Shown piece after piece: positions 54,802-64,000 of a stretch of DNA of 64,000 nt (position 1 is the stretch's first letter; each line of letters starts with the position of its first letter). The notes under the pieces are model-generated. The model saw only the letters and a list, made by a program, of their open reading frames with translations. It had not been told where the DNA came from and did not search any database. The position numbers and the translations under genes are program-made. The stretch covers positions 248,930,001 to 248,994,000 of the forward strand of contig OZ024742.1 of NCBI GenBank assembly GCA_964016885.1, written 5' to 3'. This DNA is from Eledone cirrhosa (lineage: Eukaryota).

Positions 54802-55198
54802 CCACAAGAGTCTGAGATATTTATTAGATGTATATAAACACAAGACGAACATATGTTTGGGAATGCATGGATATATAATAATTTATTATTCCAAACACAA
54901 GTGCTCAAGTGTGTTTTACATTCCCCTACATATAACAATCAACACACAAACACAAACACAAACATTCCCTCACACGCATACACCAATATATATGTACATA
55001 TGGAAGTACATATAACAACATATAATAAATATATCTTGTGTGCTGTACAAGTTGATTTATTGTAGACCGTGTTTTACAAGTACAAACCCATGTTTTGCTA
55101 GTACATAAAGCATTGAAAACATTAAAAAACTGTAGAAGTGAAACTCCACAAGCCCACTAAGTAACTTGTTTAAATCACTGAGAATGTAATGATAGCAA

Positions 55199-55250
<52 letters not shown>

Positions 55251-55282
55251 ACGTGTGTGGGCGCGCGTGTATGTATATATGA

Positions 55283-55357
<75 letters not shown>

Positions 55358-55388
55358 TATATACACAAACGCACACACACTCACACAA

Positions 55389-55443
<55 letters not shown>

Positions 55444-55683
55444 TTATATATAAAGATAGATAGATAGATAAAATAAGCTATATTCATACACAAAATTGGG
55501 AAATAGATGTTGCGTCAGTACATGGAAATCTAAGCGACAACAACAACATTGGTAAACGAGAGACTCTGCTTGTGTGTGTATGTGTATGTATGTGTGTATG
55601 TGTGTGTGTGTGTGTGTGTGTGTCACACATAAGACATACGCTTGCAAAGAATCAAACGCATACACAGGCGCGCACACTCACAC

Positions 55684-55758
<75 letters not shown>

Positions 55759-56095
55759 GGTAAATAGAAAGACATGAAAGAAAAAGTGTGTGTGTGCATG
55801 TGTGATTAAGTGAGAGAGTGAGTGTGTGAAAATCTGTATTGTTTATGAGAACTGGCGTCATTTTACCGAAATATGTAGAAACAGTTTATTGATTTACCAC
55901 AATCACTCCTTAATTTTTTTTATGTATTCCCCATCCCTCTGCTGGCTATGAAAGATCAAGTTGTCTTTATAGGAAGGTAAACTCCAGCTTTGAAATCACA
56001 TCAACAACCCCAATAACAACAATGACTATAATAACTACCACAACGAAACGAAAATGTAAACATTATCATATACATATATATATCTGTATATATAT

Positions 56096-56147
<52 letters not shown>

Positions 56148-57126
56148 TATACCTACTCACATGCATACATACACATATACATACAATCTGACAGACAGAC
56201 AGATAGACATGATCTCGGTCACCAATCTAATGGATTCTTCGCTAAGAAACCCTTTATAAAATGAAATTCAGGGTTCAAATCCCGCCAAGATATATTTTTC
56301 TCTTCAATCTGTCTGGGTCGAAAAATAAATTACTAATTCATGTCGGTGGATGGACGGAGTTATTAAAATGTCTGACAATATTTATTAACACTGCATGTTG
56401 GTAGATGGATACAGTTGTTAAAATGTCTGAAAATAAATTAGCAGTTGAAACAGGTAGCTGGATGGATTTGTTAGAACGTCTGACAAGATAGCTTGATATC
56501 TTTCATCCAATGATCCGTTTCTTTGACGGAATTGCTAGAACATCTGTCAAGATATCTCCTAAATGATATCGTTTTAAATGAACGTCTGATAAGGCCCGCT
56601 TCTTTGCTTTAAGAAGACAAATTCCTGTGAAGGCAATGTATGATGATGTGACTTTTTAAAATTAATATATATATAGACACATCTCGTATTTAGCATAACT
56701 GGGTGAGAATATTGATATCTACCATAAGATAGCATGTTCATTGATTTCTATATATTTCTAGTTCTGACACAAGGCCAGCAAATGTGGTGGAAGGAGCAAA
56801 ATTTATTAAATCAGTCTCCTTACTGGTTATACTTCATTTCATTATCTCTGGGAAGACGAAAGGGGAATTCTTCTAGGCGGGATTTATACTCAAAATTTAA
56901 AGACGTGGGTACTATAATAAATAAAAAGCAAATTTTACCTTTTGGGGATTCGAACGCTGAACGTTTACTTCCGCAAAGAATTTGTCCGTCGCTCTACTGA
57001 TCTTGCCGGACAACACTCAGGATGTGACAAAAGTGTTCGGGTCAACATTTCGAGAGCATTAGGTTTTATGTTATTGCTGTTTAACAACTACACATATTGA
57101 CTTTCAATAATTTCTCCTTATTGTAG

Positions 57127-57234
57127 GTAAATTTAGACGAATGAACTTACCACTGGATCAGCTGTGTGTATTTAATGACGATGCATACCCTTGGATGGAA
57201 AGTGGGTGGAGTTACCATATGAAAAATCTCATCC
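57127..57234 (+). CDS. Exon F: GKFRRMNLPLDQLCVFNDDAYPWMESGWSYHMKNLI
   Basis: TTTCTCCTTATTGTAG acceptor and C|GTAAGT donor. 108 nt, phase 1-1, open frame. Confidence 0.85.
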
Positions 57235-57735
57235 GTAAGTACTTCAGTCAGTTTATCAAGTCATCTTACATTGTTTTCTTTTATTATATTGTCTACATTT
57301 ATAGTACAGCGTGGATTGTTTAAATCGATGTTATTTAGTCGAAGTCAGCTCTGATCTCGCACAGGTGTACGAGTAAATGTGTTAGCCAAATTAACTAGAT
57401 TTTATCCAGCAGATATAGAACCAATGTCGATAACCGCTCATCATATCTAATGTAGCATATATAGGATCAAGTACATTACCCGTATATGAGGCAGGATCTA
57501 ACCAATATATGATAAAGTTGCTATCCATGATCAGAGGTAGTCATGTCGGATATGATTCAACAGACCTATATGGAGAAAGATGTTGTTAGCCTCCTGTCTG
57601 TACTGATTCAGCAAATATGAAATCAAATACTCTAAGTATACACACACGCACACACAGACACACACATATATATATGTGTGTGTCTGTTGTGTGTGTGTGT
57701 ATGTATCTATGTATGTATATATATATATATATGTC

Positions 57736-57862
<127 letters not shown>

Positions 57863-58094
57863 TTGAAAATTGCAAACTTCACTGTCACCGCACAATATAA
57901 ACCTGAAGATTGCGAAAGCATGAAAGTACTTGTTCAATTAACACTTAACATTTAATATTCTACCATACTATTTCATTCTAATACCATGATAAATGTTAAA
58001 GAATTGTAAATAAAACGAGTAAATCAGACAAAGTTAGAATTCCTTTTATTAATATAATCTTCTATACACAATCATACACACCCGTGTATATTTA

Positions 58095-58222
<128 letters not shown>

Positions 58223-58224
58223 TG

Positions 58225-58610
58225 TCGTCCAGCGATGGACACAGAGCAACAAACCAACCTGAAGTTTCTGGGCCGGCTGGGGAAAATTCCATCAGACTCA
58301 CTCGGAATACTGCGACAAATGTAGGGACTTTCGAGTGGCACAAAAGGTTTAAAGTGGCGCGAGGGCGCGGAAGACGACCCCCAGGAGTGGGAGGGCTTCA
58401 GCGAGCAGGACTGAGGTCAACGATTAGCGCATGAGGCAGGTGATGCGTGGCGATGGTCTGCTGACTGTTTGACTGTAAGTGAGCCGAACACGAACCGCAA
58501 CACCTTGATCATCCGTTAGATCCTGGCCTAGAAAAACATTGCCGTACTGGAACAGCCTCTTTATTCACCTGATCTTGCTCCGTGTGACTTTTTTTCTTTT
58601 CCTCTGTTTG
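58225..58610 (+). mobile_element. Internally deleted mariner (irritans-like) transposase remnant
   Basis: EQQTNLKFLGRLGK...FEWHKRFK...EDDP and KNIAVLEQPL(Y)[13 protein letters not shown] motifs. Confidence 0.82.
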
Positions 58611-58613
58611 TTA

Positions 58614-58645
<32 letters not shown>

Positions 58646-58650
58646 GTATT

Positions 58651-58708
<58 letters not shown>

Positions 58709-58718
58709 TATATATGTA

Positions 58719-58771
<53 letters not shown>

Positions 58772-58780
58772 ATATATATA

Positions 58781-58837
<57 letters not shown>

Positions 58838-58846
58838 ATATATATA

Positions 58847-58880
<34 letters not shown>

Positions 58881-58910
58881 ATACATATATATATATATAT
58901 AATATATATA

Positions 58911-58964
<54 letters not shown>

Positions 58965-59215
58965 TCAGATCAGAGCAAACAGCACGGACACTCTATCTCA
59001 AAATTATTTTTGAAAAGCATTTAGAAATGCGCAACCGGTAAAAACTTAAAAACTTAAAACCACAACTGAATACTAACCCATACAATCACTAATACTCTTT
59101 TATTCCTAATTAAACCATTTTTCAACTGTGAACAATTTGTCAGCATTTTCTATTCCGTTTACCAATATATAAATATATATATATATATTTATATATATAT
59201 TTATATATATATATT

Positions 59216-59322
<107 letters not shown>

Positions 59323-59407
59323 AGATGACTGTTAATAACATTGTCTTTTCAAACATTCCTTCTTCATGCATAACCCTCTTTTCAAACTATAATTACTCAC
59401 AAAAATA

Positions 59408-60689
59408 AGAGGGTGGGCTGAGAATTTCATATGCTGATTATGAAGTATAAGGTTAGCGCTGTGAAATCTTGCATGCATAAATTTCACTTTTTCTTTTTAA
59501 TAACTGCTTTGTTTATCCACAAAATCTGACATCTGACTACAGAGAATGCTTGAAAAAAGTACCTAGTATCAACTTCTCTTGAAAATGAACAAAATTTGGC
59601 ATTGTTGTGTTATCAACTATCTGCAGAAAAAAAGGTTTTAGCCCCCAAGGACATTAATGTTGACATGGTTGTTACATTAGAGAATAACGCTGCAGCCTTA
59701 TCAGTGCAAAAGTGGGTAGCCAAATTTGGGAGAGGAAGGGAGAGTTTAGAAAGTAACCCAAGCCCATGACGTCCTGCAACTGCTACCACCGATAAACACA
59801 TTGTTTGTGTTCACCACATGGGGGTGGGTGACAGGTAATTGACTATAAATCAAATTGACAGTGCTATTAACATATCCCGTGAGAGAATTGAGAATATTCT
59901 GCACAATGAACTTGGCATGATGAAGGTTTCTGTTTGGTGGGTGCCACGTTTTATGACACCTGATCAAAAGCGCTCAAGGGTGATCATATGAGGTGAAAAT
60001 CTAGCATTGTTTAAGGCACATCCAGCTGGTTTCATTGAACGTTTCTTATCATGAGGTGAGCGTACGTTTCAACACTTTGAATCAAAGACAGAGACAATCC
60101 ATGGTGTGGAAACAGCCTTCCTCACCTGCTCCTAAGAAGACCAAGTTTGTTTCATCTGCAGTGAAACTGATGGTCTCAGTTTTGGGGGATACAAAAGGCA
60201 TTGTGTTTTATTTACTATCTTCAAAAAGCCCACACCATCAATGGAGAGTACTATTCCAACATACTGAGGCATTTACGAAAGACTATGTAACCCAAACACC
60301 CAGTAAATCTGACGAAAGGATTCTTGTTTCATCAGAACAATGCTCCAGCGCACAAGTCCTTGGTTTCAATGGCTGCTGTGCGTCACTGTGTCTTTGATCT
60401 GGTTGATCACTCTCCCGATATTTCCGATTTGACCCCATCTGACTATCAACTGTTCCCCAACATGAAAAACCACTTGGCTGGGAACCAGTGTCACGGTGAT
60501 GAGGACATCATATCTCTGGTTGACGACTTTCCTTTACCAACAAGATGAAGGCTTCTTCACCAAGCACTGCAACACTAGTTGAACAAGTGTGTGGACCACA
60601 AGGGAGACTATGTTGAACAAATATATCTCATTTGTTCCTATTCCTTGAGAGTATCTTGATCAGCATATGAACTTTTCAGCCAACCCTCG
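59408..60689 (+). mobile_element. Full-length mariner transposon (~1.28 kb) with a pseudogenised transposase
   Basis: 30-bp TIRs (AGAGGGTGGGCTGAGAATTTCATATGCTGA / TCAGCATATGAACTTTTCAGCCAACCCTCG) and TA TSD on both sides. ATG at 59585; WVPR, HQNNAPAH and DLTPSDYQLFPNMK motifs with frameshifts. Confidence 0.93.
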
Positions 60690-61405
60690 TAATGTCAAAA
60701 ATAAGATATAGTTGTCACATCTTCATGAAAAGGAATCTGAATTTCTTGTATGATATTTTTAGAAGTTCAGCATATTCTCATTTCAAACTTAAATTTCGCC
60801 TGTAAGTGTATCTGTTAAATGCATATTTTAACCAAACTACAATTACACAAAATCTATGTATAGAGACTATAGATTGTAATATTTCTCTTTGATAGAAATA
60901 CCTCACAAACGACCTGAAATCAAGATCCGAAAATGTTTTTCTAAAGCATTGTCTGCATAGTAAAACATCTTACTAATTGGTTTTAGATCCTAATATAACA
61001 TTTACAAGAACCACATTTAGACAGAAATATTTTTTTTTTATATTTATCTTGTTAAAATACCTCGCCAATACCAGTACACATTAACATAATTCAATCACAT
61101 TGACAGTGTGGTGATGTTGTCTGTATCAGTTTCACACATTTTAAAATAACATTTTTCTAGACAGTGGAGTGTTATCAACGATACTGTGCCGAACTAAATG
61201 GTGAAATATATAGTTTTATCCTCTTATGTTCTCAGTTCAAATCCCACAGGTGCTTATTTAAGCTTTTTCCCACCTACGTCGTTCATAACATAGTTACTTC
61301 GCTTGAATCTGGCTATAAATGTGTTTCCTTAAAAATGTGTTGCCTAGTGCCATTTTCAGGAAATATTATATACAAGTATGTGTGTATATGTACATGTGAG
61401 TGAGT

Positions 61406-61490
<85 letters not shown>

Positions 61491-61538
61491 AAAAGAGAGA
61501 GAGAAATAGGTAGATAGATACATAGATAGACAGATTAG

Positions 61539-61578
<40 letters not shown>

Positions 61579-62115
61579 TAGATAGTCATTCACGATTTCA
61601 ACGAAGGCAACCATATATGTGCCGGCTCCAAGAGGTTTGCAGTATTGCAAACAGAGATATTGGTTTAATTTCATAAGGCTAATGCATATTTTCAACTGCC
61701 CTCCTCGGTATTTCTGTCATCCCTCGAATGAGTTCACCTAGTGAGCAGCGTAACACGTGTCTAAAAAACAGAGGTACTGTTGAGTAGTCGCTATTGAGAG
61801 GGGGAGATAATTCAGCAGAGACAACGACTTTTGACTCAATTTAATATTCGAATCCATGGATAAAAGCCCCGAACTACACTGCTTCTTTTTGAAATAGTTA
61901 TCTGAAACACAAACAATAGGTATATGATTTTAGGTTCAGTCTCACGTCGTGGGTTCATGGGAAAATGTCTTCTGCAGTAGTAATATAATTGATAATATAC
62001 GTTTTGGGGTTTGTTACGATCATATAATTGAAGCCTTACGATAATATAATTGTCGCAGTCAAATGATTGAAACCAATAAATGAATAAGAATTAACTATCG
62101 TGTTTTTGTTTGTAG

Positions 62116-62292
62116 AAATGGAGAATTTGTTCCCGTCGTATTGTGGTCTGGAAAGCAGCATTCCCTTCAGTGGAACCTACGATGGACAGTACTGTGAAGG
62201 GACGATAGCAGATTGGAACGAGTCTACGTGTCTTACCGAAAGCTCTCTTATTTTGAGGTCAGATACCTGTTCAGCTCTTTTGATCCCTCAAG
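62116..62292 (+). CDS. Exon G (last found): QMENLFPSYCGLESSIPFSGTYDGQYCEGTIADWNESTCLTESSLILRSDTCSALLIPQ
   Basis: TTTTTGTTTGTAG acceptor and AAG|GTAAGA donor. 177 nt, phase 1-1, four cysteines, N-E-S sequon. The gene probably continues beyond the window. Confidence 0.87.
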
Positions 62293-63449
62293 GTAAGAAG
62301 TACCCTCTTTTTGATAGTTTTCTTCCCCGGCCTCATATACATTTAACCACACTTTACATCATACCTCACTCAAATTCGTTCCCGTTTTTCTTAAAAAATT
62401 AATCTCCTTCATTTTCACTTCCCATGTGATATTCTATTTAGCCTTACACCCTCCCAGATGGTGGATTGGCAGAATCGTTAGTGCATAGAATACATTTTCT
62501 TGCGGAAATTGATCCGGCTTTCTGAACTCTGTTTAAACCCTCCCAAATTTGGTCTTCATCAATAAATAAAATATAAATTCAGGATGTTAGGTCAGTTGAA
62601 TTGTTAGAAGGTCAGACACAATGAGTTGGGCTTTTTGTCCTAGTTCTTTACATTCTAAGCTGAAGTTTCGCTAAAGCTTGTCTGGATGGTAGACCTAACC
62701 CATTTCCCAGTTTAACAGAACACCCTGGCTCTTCGACACATTTATGGAAATCAATTCTATTACAAGCATTTGAACAAGGTCTTGCATCTGAGGTTAACAG
62801 CCTTCCTCCCGACTACCAATCTTGGTAGCTTTGAAAAAAGCCAGAAACAATTCTGTTCTTTTCTTCAGTAATCAGGAAACGGGAAAAGAAAAGGCCCTCT
62901 TAGGTCATGATTGGTCATAGGACTGAATGATCATAGATTGGCCTTTTTGAGGCACAAGTCTAAGAAAGGAAATTTGTGGAAGACCAACTGTCGCCCATGA
63001 TGGCAGTCTAATCCCTCCACCTCATATATTTTTTCAATAGAAAAGCAAAAGGTCCAAAGTAACTTCACGCCAGGGATGATGCAATTCACAGTACCACGTA
63101 AAATGTCTCGTTGAATGACACAAAGCACCATTTCGTCCAAGAATCGAACTAAAGTCCTGACAATCGTGTGTCTAGTGCCCTAACCATTAAGTCACATATG
63201 TCCACTAACAACAACAACAATACACATATTCATCAACAAACCCTTTTCTACACTAAATTAACTCTCTATATATTATCGATCTACTATTGTTTCTTCTACA
63301 GAATTTGAGTGCCTTGCCTTCTTAAACGAGCAAAATGGATTGATTGATAATCTGGTTATAACTCGTAGCAAAGATGGAAAAAATGAATTTAACTGTTGGG
63401 TAAGTAGCTTTTGTCTTAATAATGATAATACTGTTATTAAAACAAGGCC

Positions 63450-63480
<31 letters not shown>

Positions 63481-63607
63481 AGAGCTTCACGAATGAAACA
63501 GGTCTCGTCCTGTAGAAGCTCTTCTATATTAACACTTTTATACTCTGCTATATATTGAGTACCTTACTTACTGTGGTTACCTCCGATTCAACCCGGTATA
63601 ACTTATA

Positions 63608-63639
<32 letters not shown>

Positions 63640-63964
63640 ACGGCGATGAATTTGTTTTGCGAGGTTTTTGATATGAAACAAATAAGATGGCGTAGATATA
63701 CAATACAACAGGAGGAACAAAATAGTACCACTGATGATGTTGCAGATGTGCAAAGAAAGAACTTTGTTAGACTATATATATGTGTTTATATCTATATTAT
63801 ATCTGTATTGTTGGCCGTTGGTCAGTCAATGGTAAACATTGAGGACCGAATGAAATAACTATGGAGATATAAAAGATACAGAAGCGAAAACCAACCAAAC
63901 AGTGAGTGTGTTCTGTTATTATTTCTGGCAATATTATTCCAACAATATGACTCTCCCCAAATAT

Positions 63965-64000
<36 letters not shown>

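Noticed and set aside
63727-63768. CTGATGA-TGTTGCA..TGCAAA-GAAA possible hammerhead
   Set aside because: Stem I has only 2 bp and stem III is marginal; not counted without paralogue support.

Overview
AT-rich eukaryotic DNA saturated with microsatellites. It is most likely an invertebrate, and the SINE types and (TA)n/(CA)n/(TACA)n load suggest an octopus or other cephalopod (inference). Nearly all ORFs in the supplied track are microsatellite artefacts. Seven short, phase-compatible GT-AG exons on the + strand (18133-62292) join into an open ~295-aa fragment of a cysteine-rich, probably extracellular protein with an internal ShKT domain. The introns and upstream region hold tRNA-derived SINEs, R4/Dong, RTE and CRE LINE remnants, mariner/Tc1 elements and MITEs, a non-autonomous Helitron and Penelope-like elements (PLEs). 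The standout signal is about 19 type-I hammerhead ribozyme (HHR) motifs of at least 8 sequence families. Most lie in small non-coding cassettes between (TA)n tracts, as inverted or tandem copies. They include a tandem retrozyme-like dimer, a 485-bp unit with terminal redundancy, a family with a fixed CAGAAGA core, a conserved C-C mismatch in stem II, and a shared downstream TTGAGTGC motif. A decayed, near-full-length Hydra-group-like PLE with its own HHR represents the likely autonomous partner class. All calls were made by eye; no database searches were run.
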